Of a stretch of 64,000 nucleotides of DNA, positions 30,833 to 41,183 are shown in pieces. The stretch is from positions 1,965-65,964 of the forward strand of contig CALYTP010000001.1 of the NCBI GenBank assembly GCA_945486915.1, read 5' to 3'. This DNA comes from an uncultured Clostridia bacterium. GTDB taxonomy: Bacteria; Bacillota; Clostridia; Oscillospirales; Oscillospiraceae. How positions within the stretch are numbered: the first letter of the stretch is position 1; each line of letters starts with the position of its first letter. The notes below the pieces were generated by a model. The model saw only the letters and a list, made by a program, of their open reading frames with translations, was not told the DNA's origin and did not search any database. The translations under genes were made by a program, and so were the position numbers.

Positions 30833-31798
30833 ATGAATTGCAATGGAAAAGTGTCTGTTGTTGTTCCTGTATATAATGTGGAAAGCTATCTGGAAAAGTG
30901 CATGGATTCGATTGTTGGACAAACATATTCCAATCTGGAAATAATCCTGGTGAATGACGGCTCCACAGACGGTTCCTGCGAAATATGTGAGAAATATGCC
31001 GGTCGTGATGGCAGGATCAAGCTGATTTCAAAGAAAAACGGCGGGTTGTCAGACGCGAGAAATGTTGGCTTGGATGCAGCTTCGGGGGAATATCTTTTCT
31101 TCGTTGACAGTGATGACTTCCTTGAATGGAATGCTATTTCTGAATTGGTAAGCAGGGCGAAAGCATATGAGGCTGATGTTGTCGTATGCAATTATACCTA
31201 TGCCCATGAAAAAGACGGGAATCTGATCCCCCTGAGAAGCAGCGCCGAAGCCCTGGAAGTTTATGAGACCGGAACAGATTTTTACCGGCAATGCTGCCGG
31301 GATAACAACAGGCTTGGCCATTCCAATCTTGCATGGGGAAAACTGTACAGGATGAATCTGTTCAAGGATATCCGATTTCCGGTGGGAAAGATTCATGAGG
31401 ACGAAATGACAATATATAAGGTGCTGGCGGAAGCGCACAGGACGGTTTATCTCAACGATGTGTTATACTACTATGTTGTTAGGGCCGGAAGCATTATGAG
31501 CGTAAAAAGTCCAGAACAGGATTTGCACAGGATTGAGGCCTATGAAGAAAGGTACAGATTTTTTGAAGCAAGAAATGAAAATGAAATCGTGAATCACACG
31601 CTGTCACTTCTGCTTGGCGGATATATTCTGGACTATTATCGCATTGATAACCCGGAAACGAAAAAAGAGCTTTATGAAAAGTGTAAAGGAGTATTTCGGG
31701 ACGAACGGAAACGTTTCCATTTTTTAAAGAAATGCCAGTATGTTTTGTTTTTAGGCTCTCCGAAAATTTATCGGATCGTCAGGAGAATGGATGGCTGA
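30833..31798 (+). CDS. Glycosyltransferase family 2
   Basis: VPVYNVE, NDGSTD, GLSDARN, FVDSDD, HEDE. Confidence 0.92.
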   Translation: MNCNGKVSVVVPVYNVESYLEKCMDSIVGQTYSNLEIILVNDGSTDGSCEICEKYAGRDGRIKLISKKNGGLSDARNVGLDAASGEYLFFVDSDDFLEWNAISELVSRAKAYEADVVVCNYTYAHEKDGNLIPLRSSAEALEVYETGTDFYRQCCRDNNRLGHSNLAWGKLYRMNLFKDIRFPVGKIHEDEMTIYKVLAEAHRTVYLNDVLYYYVVRAGSIMSVKSPEQDLHRIEAYEERYRFFEARNENEIVNHTLSLLLGGYILDYYRIDNPETKKELYEKCKGVFRDERKRFHFLKKCQYVLFLGSPKIYRIVRRMDG

Positions 31799-31928
31799 TT
31801 CGAAAAACCAATGCTGCTTATGTGCAAAAGCCAAATGGGAAATTACTGATTTTACACGTTGTTCTTCCAAACAGAGCAACAATCTCAAAAACAATTGATA
31901 TTTGCATCAAACAAGTGAGGATGATCCT

Positions 31929-32978
31929 ATGAAAAAAGCACTGATCACCGGCATCACCGGTCAGGATGGTTCTTATCTGGCGGAGCTTCTGCTGGAAAAG
32001 GGCTATGAGGTTCACGGCATTACCCGCCGGGCGTCTATTTCCAATACCGCCCGCATCGACCATCTGATGGGCCGCATTACCCTGCACGACGGCGACCTGT
32101 CCGATTCTTCCTCTCTCATCCGCATCATCGGGCTGGTTCAGCCGGACGAGATTTACAATCTGGCGGCCCAGAGCCATGTGCAGGTTTCCTTCGATGTGCC
32201 GGAGTACTCCGGCGATGTGGATGCATTGGGTGTCCTGCGGATCCTGGAGGCCGTCCGCATTCTGGGTCTGACAAAGAAAACAAGATTTTATCAGGCTTCC
32301 ACCTCGGAGCTGTTCGGCAAGGTGGAGGAGATTCCCCAGCGGGAGACCACGCCCTTCCATCCCTATTCCCCCTATGCCGTTGCCAAGCAGTACGGCTTCT
32401 GGATCACCAAGGAGTACCGGGAGGCCTACGGCATGTTCGCGGTGAACGGCATCCTGTTTAACCATGAATCCGAGCGCCGGGGCGAGAACTTCGTCACCCG
32501 CAAGATCACCCTGGCTGCCGGACGGATCGCCGAGGGACTCCAGGATCATCTGGAGCTGGGAAACATGGACTCCCTCCGGGACTGGGGCTATGCAAAGGAC
32601 TATGTGGAGTGCATGTGGCTGATCCTGCAGCAGGAGAAGCCGGAGGACTTCGTCATCGCCACCGGCGAGCAGCACACCGTCCGAGACTTCACCGAGAGAG
32701 CCTTTGCCGCCAATGGCATGACCATCCGCTGGGAAGGGGAGGGCGTTGACGAAAAGGGCTATGACCGGGACACCGGCAAGCTGTTGGTCAGTGTCAATCC
32801 CCAGTGGTTCCGTCCGACGGACGTGGACAACCTATGGGGGGATCCCACCAAGGCAAAAACCATCCTGGGCTGGAATCCCCAGAAGACCAGCTACGCCCAG
32901 CTTGTAGAAATAATGGCCAGGCACGACCGGGCGCTGGCCAAACAGGAAAAAGCCATGAAGGAGGCTGCCGCAAAATGA
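31929..32978 (+). CDS. gmd: GDP-mannose 4,6-dehydratase
   Basis: [37 protein letters not shown]. Confidence 0.97.
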   Translation: MKKALITGITGQDGSYLAELLLEKGYEVHGITRRASISNTARIDHLMGRITLHDGDLSDSSSLIRIIGLVQPDEIYNLAAQSHVQVSFDVPEYSGDVDALGVLRILEAVRILGLTKKTRFYQASTSELFGKVEEIPQRETTPFHPYSPYAVAKQYGFWITKEYREAYGMFAVNGILFNHESERRGENFVTRKITLAAGRIAEGLQDHLELGNMDSLRDWGYAKDYVECMWLILQQEKPEDFVIATGEQHTVRDFTERAFAANGMTIRWEGEGVDEKGYDRDTGKLLVSVNPQWFRPTDVDNLWGDPTKAKTILGWNPQKTSYAQLVEIMARHDRALAKQEKAMKEAAAK

Positions 32979-33919
32979 TGGAGAAAGACGCGAAAATCTA
33001 TGTGGCGGGCCACCGGGGCATGGTCGGCTCCGCCATTGTCCGGGAACTGCAGCGGCAGGGCTATACCAATATCATCACCCGCACCCACAAGGAGCTGGAT
33101 CTTTGCCGCCAGGATGCGGTGGAGGCATTCTTCGGGGAGGAAAAGCCGGAATATGTGTTTCTGGCCGCTGCCAAGGTTGGCGGAATCATCGCCAACCAGA
33201 ATGCCCTGGCGGATTTCATGTACGATAACATGATCCTGGAGATGAATGTGATCCACTCAGCCTGGAAGAACGGCTGCAAAAAGCTGGAGTTCCTGGGTTC
33301 CTCCTGCATTTATCCCCGGATGGCGCCCCAACCCATGAAGGAAAGCTGCCTGCTGACCTCCGAGCTGGAGAAGACCAACGAGGCGTATGCGCTGGCGAAG
33401 ATTTCGGGTCTCAAATACTGCGAGTTCCTGAACCGCCAGTACGGAACGGACTATATCTCCGTCATGCCCACCAACCTCTACGGTCCCAACGACAACTATC
33501 ATCCCACCCACAGCCATGTGCTGCCTGCGCTGATCCGCCGGTTCCATGAGGCCAAGGTGCAGGGAAAGGAAAGCGTCACCTGCTGGGGTGACGGCAGCCC
33601 CCTGCGGGAGTTTCTGTATGTGGACGACCTGGCCAACCTGTGCGTGTTCCTGATGAACCACTATTCCGGCAACGAGACCGTCAATGCCGGTACCGGCAAG
33701 GAGCTGACCATCCGGGAGCTGACGGAGCTGGTGGCAAAGGTGGTGGGCTATCAGGGCAGGATCGAATGGGATGCCTCCAAGCCCAACGGTACCCCCAGAA
33801 AGCTCCTGGATGTTTCCAAGGCCACAGCGCTGGGCTGGACCTATCAGACCGAGCTGGAGGAGGGCATCCGCCTGTCCTATGCGGATTTCCTGAACAATCC
33901 CATGAGGGCCGAACGATAA
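32975..33919 (+). CDS. fcl: GDP-L-fucose synthase
   Basis: [35 protein letters not shown]. Confidence 0.97.
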   Translation: MMEKDAKIYVAGHRGMVGSAIVRELQRQGYTNIITRTHKELDLCRQDAVEAFFGEEKPEYVFLAAAKVGGIIANQNALADFMYDNMILEMNVIHSAWKNGCKKLEFLGSSCIYPRMAPQPMKESCLLTSELEKTNEAYALAKISGLKYCEFLNRQYGTDYISVMPTNLYGPNDNYHPTHSHVLPALIRRFHEAKVQGKESVTCWGDGSPLREFLYVDDLANLCVFLMNHYSGNETVNAGTGKELTIRELTELVAKVVGYQGRIEWDASKPNGTPRKLLDVSKATALGWTYQTELEEGIRLSYADFLNNPMRAER

Positions 33920-33974
33920 AAAACGGGGCTGCCGCATTGGCGTGCGGAGCATATCCGGGTTAGGAGAGAAAGAA

Positions 33975-35291
33975 ATGAACATTGTGCTGCTGTCCGGCGG
34001 TTCGGGCAAACGGCTCTGGCCGCTTTCCAACGATATTCGATCCAAGCAGTTCATCAAAATATTCAGGACCGAGGACGGACAATACGAATCCATGGTGCAG
34101 CGGGTCTTTCGCCAGATCCGAAGGGCGGACCCGGAGGCCGCGGTGACCATTGCCACCAGCAGGACCCAGGTTTCCGCCATCCGCAATCAGCTGGGGGAGA
34201 ACATAGGCATTTCCGTGGAGCCCTGCCGCCGGGATACCTTCCCCGCCATTGCGCTGGTCACTGCGTACCTGACGGATGTGCAGGGCGTGGACCCGGAGGA
34301 AACCGTGGTGGTCTGTCCGGTGGACCCCTATGTGCAGGACGATTACTTCGAGGCGCTGAAGGACCTGTCCCTGCAGGCACAGAAGGGCGAGGCTAATCTG
34401 GTGCTGATGGGCATTGAACCCACCTACCCATCGGAAAAATACGGCTATATCATTCCCAAAACCCAGGAGAAAACCGCGGAGGTGGCCACCTTCAAGGAAA
34501 AACCCACGGCAGCCGTTGCGCAGGAGTACATCCGGCAGGGCGCCCTGTGGAATGGCGGCGTTTTTGCTTACAAGCTGAAATATGTGCTGCAGAAGGCCCA
34601 TGAGCTGGTGGACTTTTCCGACTATCAGGACCTGTATGCCAAATACGATACGCTGACGAAAATCTCCTTTGACTACGCCGTGGTGGAAAAGGAAGAAAAA
34701 ATCCAGGTGATGCGCTTCGGCGGCCAGTGGAAGGATCTGGGCACCTGGAACACGCTGACGGAGGCCATGGAGGGCAGCGCCGTGGGCGACGCCATTCTGA
34801 ATGAAACCTGCAGCAATGTCCATATCATCAATGAACTGAAGGTCCCCGTTCTGGCCATGGGCCTGCACGATGTGGTGATCTCCGCCTCCCCGGAGGGCAT
34901 TCTGGTTTCCGACAAGGAGCAGAGCTCCTATATCAAGCCCTTTGTGGATCAGATCGACCAGCAGGTCATGTTCGCAGAAAAGAGCTGGGGCAGCTTCCGG
35001 GTGCTGGATGTGGAGGCGGAGAGCCTGACCATCAAGGTGACCCTGAACCCGGGGCACAGCATGAACTACCACAGCCACAGAAACCGGGATGAGGTCTGGG
35101 TCGTGACCTCCGGCGTCGGACACACCATCGTGGACGGAATGCTGCAGAAGGTGCGGCCCGGCGACGTGATCACCATGGAAGCCGGATGCCGCCATACCGT
35201 TGTGGCGGAAAGCGAATTGAAGCTGGTGGAAGTCCAGCTGGGCAAGGAGATTTCCGTCCATGACAAACAGAAGTATGCACTGGAGTACTGA
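33975..35291 (+). CDS. manC: Mannose-1-phosphate guanylyltransferase with C-terminal cupin
   Basis: LSGGSGKRLWPLS, FKEKP, ISFDYAVVEK, WKDLGTW, KSWG cupin. Confidence 0.9.
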   Translation: MNIVLLSGGSGKRLWPLSNDIRSKQFIKIFRTEDGQYESMVQRVFRQIRRADPEAAVTIATSRTQVSAIRNQLGENIGISVEPCRRDTFPAIALVTAYLTDVQGVDPEETVVVCPVDPYVQDDYFEALKDLSLQAQKGEANLVLMGIEPTYPSEKYGYIIPKTQEKTAEVATFKEKPTAAVAQEYIRQGALWNGGVFAYKLKYVLQKAHELVDFSDYQDLYAKYDTLTKISFDYAVVEKEEKIQVMRFGGQWKDLGTWNTLTEAMEGSAVGDAILNETCSNVHIINELKVPVLAMGLHDVVISASPEGILVSDKEQSSYIKPFVDQIDQQVMFAEKSWGSFRVLDVEAESLTIKVTLNPGHSMNYHSHRNRDEVWVVTSGVGHTIVDGMLQKVRPGDVITMEAGCRHTVVAESELKLVEVQLGKEISVHDKQKYALEY

Positions 35292-36282
35292 GGAAGGAAA
35301 ACACCATCCTTTTTTGCTGCGGCCTGTGGGAAAGGACTATCTCTGGGGCGGCAGCAGGCTCAACGATGATTTCGCCAAGGGTATTGACCTGTCCCCGCTG
35401 GCGGAGACCTGGGAATGCTCCACCCACCCCGACGGCCCCAGCCTGGTTGCCAGCGGCCAATTCAAAGGGCAGCGGCTGGATGATGTGCTGAAGGCCCACC
35501 CGGAATTTCTGGGAACCCACCCGGCGGTCCCGGGGGAACTGCCGATCCTCATCAAGTTCATCGATGCCAGGCAGAACCTTTCGGTGCAGGTGCACCCCAC
35601 GGATGATTACGCCTGGAGCCACGAGAACCACCGGATGGGAAAAACGGAAATGTGGTATGTGCTGGATGCGGCGAAGGATGCCAGGGTGGTGTATGGCCTG
35701 CGGTGCGGCATGGACCGGCAGTCCCTTCGCAGGAGCATTGAAAACGGAACCGTGGAAAAGTACCTGCAGACCGTGCCGGTGCATAAGGATGACCTGTTCT
35801 ATATTGAGGCGGGGACCATCCACGCCATCGGGGCCGGGGTGCTGCTGGCGGAAATTCAGGAGAATTCCAATCTGACCTACCGGCTGTACGACTACAACCG
35901 GACTGGGAAGGACGGCAAACAGCGCCGGCTGCACATCGACAAAGCCCTGGACGTGGCCAACCTCCGTGCCAGCGCGGAGCCCAGGCAGCCCCTTCGGGTG
36001 CTGAAATACCGTCCGGGCTGCGCCTCGGAGCTGCTTTGCCGCTGCAAATACTTTGAGGTCTACCGGATGCTGGTGAATACCGAGCGGTGCAGAAAGCTGG
36101 TGGGCTATCAGTCCGACAGCAGCTCCTTCCGGGTGCTGCTGTGTACGGACGGCTGCGGCTGCGTAAATTTCGGGGACGATCAGAGCATCCTGTTTTTCAA
36201 GGGCGATTGCATATTCGTCCCCGCCGATTCCGTGAAGCTCAGAATTCATGGAAAAGCCACCTTCCTGGATGTCCGGGGGTAG
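35260..36282 (+). CDS. manA: Type I mannose-6-phosphate isomerase
   Basis: YLWGG, LSVQVHP, GKTEMWY, AGTIHA, EIQENSNLTYRLYDY. Confidence 0.92.
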   Translation: MTNRSMHWSTEEGKHHPFLLRPVGKDYLWGGSRLNDDFAKGIDLSPLAETWECSTHPDGPSLVASGQFKGQRLDDVLKAHPEFLGTHPAVPGELPILIKFIDARQNLSVQVHPTDDYAWSHENHRMGKTEMWYVLDAAKDARVVYGLRCGMDRQSLRRSIENGTVEKYLQTVPVHKDDLFYIEAGTIHAIGAGVLLAEIQENSNLTYRLYDYNRTGKDGKQRRLHIDKALDVANLRASAEPRQPLRVLKYRPGCASELLCRCKYFEVYRMLVNTERCRKLVGYQSDSSSFRVLLCTDGCGCVNFGDDQSILFFKGDCIFVPADSVKLRIHGKATFLDVRG

Positions 36283-36296
36283 AGGAGAGAGTTACG

Positions 36297-37964
36297 ATGG
36301 ATTACAAAGCAGAATACCGGCGCTGGCTGCAATGTGCCGACCCGGACCTGAAGGAAGAATTGTCCGGCTATACCGAAAGACAGATCGAGGATGCCTTCTA
36401 CCGGAATCTGGCCTTCGGCACCGGCGGCCTCCGGGGCGTCATCGGCGCCGGAACCAACCGTATGAATGTGCATACCGTGGCGAAGGCCTCCCAGGGATTG
36501 GCGGATTATCTTCTCAAAACCGCCGAAAATCCCTCGGTGGTGATCGGTTATGATTCACGGCTTCGCTCAGACGATTTTGCCAGGGTGGCTGCCGGGGTCT
36601 TTGCCGCCAACCATATCCGGGTTCAGCTGTGGCCGGAATTGCTGCCGGTGCCCACGGTGTCCTTTGCCACCCGTTACCTCCACGCCGATGCCGGCGTGAT
36701 GATCACCGCGTCCCACAATCCGGCAAAGTACAATGGCTACAAGGTCTACGGCGCCGACGGCTGCCAGATCACCACGGAAGCTGCCGCCGGAATCCTGGCG
36801 GAAATTGAAAAGCTGGATATTTTTGCCGATGTCAGAACCGGGGAGTTAGCCCGGGCTCTGGCGGACGGACGCATCACATATATTCCAGAAGAGGTGCTGA
36901 CGGCGTACCTGAAGGAAGTCGAAAATCAGTCCGTCCTCTTTGGGGAAGCGGTGGACCGGGATGCGGCCATTGTCTATTCTCCGCTGAACGGCACCGGTCT
37001 TGTGCCGGTGACCCGGGTGCTGAAGCAGGCGGGCTACACCAACATCACCGTGGTGGCGGAGCAGGAGCAGCCCGACGGGAATTTCCCCACCTGTCCCTAT
37101 CCCAATCCCGAGATCCGGGAGGCCATGGCCCTGGGGATCCAATATGCAAAAAAGCAGAATGCCGACCTCCTGCTGGCCACCGATCCCGACTGTGACCGGG
37201 TGGGCATCGCCGTGAAGGACGGCAAGGGCGAGTATGTGCTGCTGTCCGGCAATGAAACGGGGCTGCTGCTTCTGGACTATCTGTGTGCCCAGAGAATCAA
37301 GCACGGGAAAATGCCGGAACAGCCTGTGATGGTCAAAACCATTGTCACCATGGACCTGGGAGAGCGCATTGCCGCGTCCTACGGCGTGGAGACCAGAAAC
37401 GTGCTCACCGGGTTCAAGTTCATCGGCGAGCAGATCGGCATTCTGGAGAAGTCCGGCCATGCCGAGCGGTATATCTTTGGCTTCGAGGAGTCTTACGGCT
37501 ACCTCTCCGGCAGCTATGTGCGCGATAAGGACGGCGTGAATGCTGCGTTTTTGATCTGCGAAATGTTCAGCTATTACAAAACCAGGGGCATCGGCCTGAC
37601 GGACAGACTGCAGCAGCTGTACGCCCGGTACGGATACTGCCTGAATACCCTGCATTCGTTTGAGTTTGACGGCGCCGCCGGGTTCGAGAAAATGCAGCAG
37701 ATCATGGCCCGGTTCCGCCGGGGCGTGGTGACCATCGGCCCGAAGAAGGTGCAAAAGGTGCTGGATTATGCTCCGGGACTGGACGGACTGCCCAAAGCCG
37801 ATGTGCTGAAATATCTTCTGGAGGACAACTGCTCCGTGGTGGTGCGTCCTTCCGGCACGGAGCCAAAGCTGAAAACCTACATCAGCGTCAGCGCGGAAAC
37901 CAGGGAAGCGGCGCAGAACCTGGAAGCGCAGATCGCCCGGAGTCTGGACGGATATTTCGCATAA
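36297..37964 (+). CDS. Phosphoglucomutase/phosphomannomutase
   Basis: FGTGGLRG, TASHNP, DPDCDR, FEESYG, RPSGTEPK. Confidence 0.93.
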   Translation: MDYKAEYRRWLQCADPDLKEELSGYTERQIEDAFYRNLAFGTGGLRGVIGAGTNRMNVHTVAKASQGLADYLLKTAENPSVVIGYDSRLRSDDFARVAAGVFAANHIRVQLWPELLPVPTVSFATRYLHADAGVMITASHNPAKYNGYKVYGADGCQITTEAAAGILAEIEKLDIFADVRTGELARALADGRITYIPEEVLTAYLKEVENQSVLFGEAVDRDAAIVYSPLNGTGLVPVTRVLKQAGYTNITVVAEQEQPDGNFPTCPYPNPEIREAMALGIQYAKKQNADLLLATDPDCDRVGIAVKDGKGEYVLLSGNETGLLLLDYLCAQRIKHGKMPEQPVMVKTIVTMDLGERIAASYGVETRNVLTGFKFIGEQIGILEKSGHAERYIFGFEESYGYLSGSYVRDKDGVNAAFLICEMFSYYKTRGIGLTDRLQQLYARYGYCLNTLHSFEFDGAAGFEKMQQIMARFRRGVVTIGPKKVQKVLDYAPGLDGLPKADVLKYLLEDNCSVVVRPSGTEPKLKTYISVSAETREAAQNLEAQIARSLDGYFA

Positions 37965-38017
37965 TTTTCGCAAAATCCAAAACCTGCGCCCCGGACGGCT
38001 GAAGTCATACTCCTAAA

Positions 38018-38036
38018 GCAACACCGCTTAGGTGGG
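38018..38036 (+). repeat. Isolated left end of the family A element
   Basis: GCAACACCGCTTAGGTGGG, identical to 26351-26369. Confidence 0.7.
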
Positions 38037-38071
38037 TGCTGTCTCAAGAGCTCGTATCATTCATTGGAATC

Positions 38072-38112
38072 AAAAAACAGGGATGCCTTTTTAGGAGCAT
38101 CCCTGTTATTTT
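38072..38112. terminator. Bidirectional terminator
   Basis: AAAAAACAGGGATGC-loop-GCATCCCTGTTATTTT between convergent genes. Confidence 0.8.
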
Positions 38113-38224
38113 GGTGCGTGGGGAAGAAAGTTCGCAGCCGCCCGGCGGCGGGAAGGAATGAAGATAACCTTGCGGGAATGGGAGAACTGGGCCGCCGGGG
38201 TGGATGACCCGGAAGGTATGCTTC

Positions 38225-39457
38225 TTATCGGGCCATGAAGGCTTCGATCTCGTCGGGCTCCTTGATGATGGCCTCGGAGAGCACCTTGCAGCCGTCCTCG
38301 GTGATGAGCAGGTCGTCCTCAATGCGGATGCCGATGGCCCACTCGTCGATGTACAGGCCGGGCTCGTTGGTGATGACGCTGCCGGGGGCCAGCTTCACGC
38401 CGTCCACAGTCACGTCGTGGACGTCAATACCCAGGTGATGGGATACGCCGTGCATGTAGTATTTTCCCAGATCGTTTTCGTTCTCAATGAGGCCCAGCTC
38501 CATGCAGCCCTGGGCCAGCACCTTCTTGCAGATGTTGTTGAGCTCCAGGGTGGTCATGCCGGGCTTTGCCTGGGCTGCAACCTCCTGATTGGCCTTCAGA
38601 ACGATATCATAGACCTGCCGCTGCCGCGGGGTGAACTTTCCGTTGACGGGGTAGGTTCTGGTGATGTCGGAGCAGTAATTTTCATAGCGGGTGCCCAGGT
38701 CCAACAGAAGCAGGCTGCCGTCCTGGCAGGTGTCCCGGTTGGTCTCGTAGTGGAGCATGCAGCCGTTGATGCCGCTGCCGGCAATGGTGGCAAAGGAGGG
38801 GCCTTCGGCGCCCAGATAGTGCACCATGTACTCAAAGTTTGCCTGTGCCTGATATTCCTTCATGCCGGGCTTCAGGTTCTTCATGACATGCTGCAGCGCC
38901 TGATTGGTGATGTCCACCGCTTTGCGGATCAGGGCCTGCTCGTCCTCGTCCTTCTGCATCCGCAGTCTGGAAACCATGTGCCAGAGGCTGCGGACGGTGA
39001 TGCCGGGATGCTCCTGGGAAAACTTCTGGGCCATGGCCAGGTTGATGTCGGGAAGGTCCTTTGCGCTGTAACGGTAGCAGTCAAAGTAGCAGGTGGTGAT
39101 GTCGTTTTTGCACAGCAGGGAGTTGATCTCGGTTTCAAACCGATCCACAAAGCGCACATCCTCGATGCCGGTGAGCGCCTTTGCCTCGTCCACGGTGACC
39201 ATCTTGCCGGTCCAGCGCTCGGCCTTGGGGTCGGCCTCTTCGATGTACAGGGTGGTGTGGCCTTCGCCGGAAATTTTGCGCATGACGAGGATCATATTCT
39301 CCCGGCGCAGGCCGGTGAGGTAGAAGAAATGGGTGTTTGCCGCGAAGTCGTGGTAGGTATCGGAGCTGATGTGCGGCGCGGAGCCGGCGTACAGGATAAG
39401 CAGGGAATTGTCAGCCATCTCGTTCAGGATGCGCTGTCTGCGGGCCTCAAAATTCAT
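38225..39457 (-). CDS. pepP: Xaa-Pro aminopeptidase (M24B)
   Basis: LHY, LDLG, SDITRT, HGVSHHLGIDVHD, TNEPGLY, GIRIEDD. Confidence 0.92.
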   Translation of the reverse strand: MNFEARRQRILNEMADNSLLILYAGSAPHISSDTYHDFAANTHFFYLTGLRRENMILVMRKISGEGHTTLYIEEADPKAERWTGKMVTVDEAKALTGIEDVRFVDRFETEINSLLCKNDITTCYFDCYRYSAKDLPDINLAMAQKFSQEHPGITVRSLWHMVSRLRMQKDEDEQALIRKAVDITNQALQHVMKNLKPGMKEYQAQANFEYMVHYLGAEGPSFATIAGSGINGCMLHYETNRDTCQDGSLLLLDLGTRYENYCSDITRTYPVNGKFTPRQRQVYDIVLKANQEVAAQAKPGMTTLELNNICKKVLAQGCMELGLIENENDLGKYYMHGVSHHLGIDVHDVTVDGVKLAPGSVITNEPGLYIDEWAIGIRIEDDLLITEDGCKVLSEAIIKEPDEIEAFMAR

Positions 39458-39541
39458 GGGAAAAACCTTCTTTCGGTAATTGGATCAGTGCCATTATAGC
39501 ACATTTCTGCGTTTCCTCAACAGTTTTTTCTGATTGTTTTT

Positions 39542-39717
39542 TGTGCATATCGGTTTGACTCAGCATTGCGCTAAATTGTAATTTAGCGGTGTCGCTTCGC
39601 TCCATACCATGTCCAACAAAATACCATTCATCGGAACACGCAGTCGACCAACGTGGTGGGCTGATAGCCTCCCCTACAGTGACCTGAATTAAAAACTTCG
39701 CTGCAAATTGCAATTTC
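39542..39717. repeat. Family B repeat copy 2 with internal REP-like motif
   Basis: 39542-39584 matches 2098-2140 inverted; AAATTGYAATTT near both ends; GTAGGGGAGGC on the minus strand near 39667-39677. Confidence 0.6.
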
Positions 39718-39892
39718 ACGTCCAACGAAAAGAAGGGAAATGCATTTCTGCTGGCAAAATGAAACAGAAACCGCCAAGGATTGTCAGGAATAGAGCGGAT
39801 TCTTTTGGCAAAGCTATGAATGGGTTGAGAAAAGCTGCATTCCGGGTGGAATGGGCTTTCCGCCCGGAAAAAAGTCAAAAGGAGAGTTTCGT

Positions 39893-39997
39893 ATGAACGG
39901 TAAGAACAATCAGCTGAACGTCCCCCAGGCCCGGGAGGCCATGGACAAGTTCAAGATGCAGGCGGCTTCCGACCTTGATGTTCCGGTTACCTATTGA
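39893..39997 (+). pseudogene. 5' half of an alpha/beta-type small acid-soluble spore protein (SASP) gene, truncated; too short for the ORF track
   Basis: AAAAGGAG RBS; MNGKNNQLNVPQAREAMDKFKMQAAS then unrelated DLDVPVTY*; the conserved C-terminal half (EVGV...TSRxxGSVGG) is absent. Confidence 0.85.
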
Positions 39998-40174
39998 ATG
40001 TTGATGGAAATACACAAAAATATTTGATTTAACAGATGGTTTCCAAAATCCAGAGACATTCAAATATTGCATCAATACTTATGGATAATCCTTAGTAGAT
40101 TGATAAACAAGGAAATAATAACGCCAGAAGTTCGGAAAACAAGGAACTTCTGGTGTTGTCAATTTTAGGAGGAA

Positions 40175-41050
40175 TTGTTTATACCCCCAAAATCAGAAAA
40201 AACACCCGCAAAAGTGTCAAAAATCAACATTGACCAGCTTTACCCCCACCCGGATAACCCCTTTGGCATCCGGGATGACCCCAGCATGATGGAGCTGGTT
40301 GAGAGTGTCAAGCAGTTTGGCGTGTTGGTTCCTGCCATTGCCCGGCCAAGGGAGGATGGCAGCTATGAGCTCATCGCCGGGCATCGGCGGCAGAAGGCGT
40401 GTGAGCTTGCCGGTCTGGATTCCATGCCGGTGATCGTGATGAACCTGGATGACAACGATGCCATCATCCAGATGGTGGAAAGCAACATCCAACGGAAGAA
40501 TATCCTGCCGTCTGAACGGGCCAAGGCATACAAGCTAAAAATGGAAGCCCTAAAACGTCAGGGCGCACGCTCTGATTTAACTTCGCCGAAAATTTCGGCG
40601 AAGTTCCGAAGTGACGATTCTGTCGGAGATGAGGCAGGTGTCAGCGGAGATACCGTCCGCAATTATATCGCCCTGAACAATCTGATTCCAGAGCTCATGG
40701 AAATGGTGGACGAAAAGAGAATCGCCCTCAGTCCTGCCTATCAGATTGCCGCTTTACCGAAAGAAAGCCAGGAACAGCTGCTTGACACCATCGAAAGTGA
40801 ACAGGCCACTCCATCACTATCCCAGGCGCAGCGCCTTCGCAAACTCAGCCAGGCCGGAGAATTGAACGAGGACACCATGCTCTCCATTATGATGGAGCAG
40901 AAGAAGCCGGAGAGGAACGACATCACCCTGTCCGGGGACAAGCTGAAAAAGTATTTTCCTCGCTCCTATTCCCCCAAGCGAATCGAAGAAACCATCTTCA
41001 AGCTTCTGGATGCCTGGCTGAGAAAGCGACAGCGTGAAAATAGCCGCTAA
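40175..41050 (+). CDS. parB: ParB/Spo0J family partition protein
   Basis: LVESVKQFGVLVP, YELIAGHRR, ESNIQR, QGARSDL, HTH; TTG start after AGGAGG. Confidence 0.9.
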   Translation: MFIPPKSEKTPAKVSKINIDQLYPHPDNPFGIRDDPSMMELVESVKQFGVLVPAIARPREDGSYELIAGHRRQKACELAGLDSMPVIVMNLDDNDAIIQMVESNIQRKNILPSERAKAYKLKMEALKRQGARSDLTSPKISAKFRSDDSVGDEAGVSGDTVRNYIALNNLIPELMEMVDEKRIALSPAYQIAALPKESQEQLLDTIESEQATPSLSQAQRLRKLSQAGELNEDTMLSIMMEQKKPERNDITLSGDKLKKYFPRSYSPKRIEETIFKLLDAWLRKRQRENSR

Positions 41051-41066
41051 TATCCCATGAACCCGA
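40552..41066 (+). repeat. ~515-bp direct repeat copy 1 (parB 3' part)
   Basis: Aligns with 42650-43160; 40817-41052 reads identical to 42911-43146. Confidence 0.92.
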
Positions 41067-41109
41067 TTTTAACGGCTCGGAACAGTCAGCCTGTTTTTCA
41101 TAGATGACC

Positions 41110-41137
41110 TTGACTTTCTGATATGTGGATGTATAAT
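41110..41137 (+). promoter_or_regulatory. SigA promoter of the ATPase gene
   Basis: TTGACT-16 bp-TATAAT. Confidence 0.65.
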
Positions 41138-41183
41138 ATAAACGAAATTATCATAAAATAACTTACCATAAGGAGGCGTGCGT

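Noticed and set aside
39788-39816. SigG/SigF-like promoter for the SASP gene (GAATA...GGCAAAGCTA)
   Set aside because: The match and spacing are too loose to call by eye.
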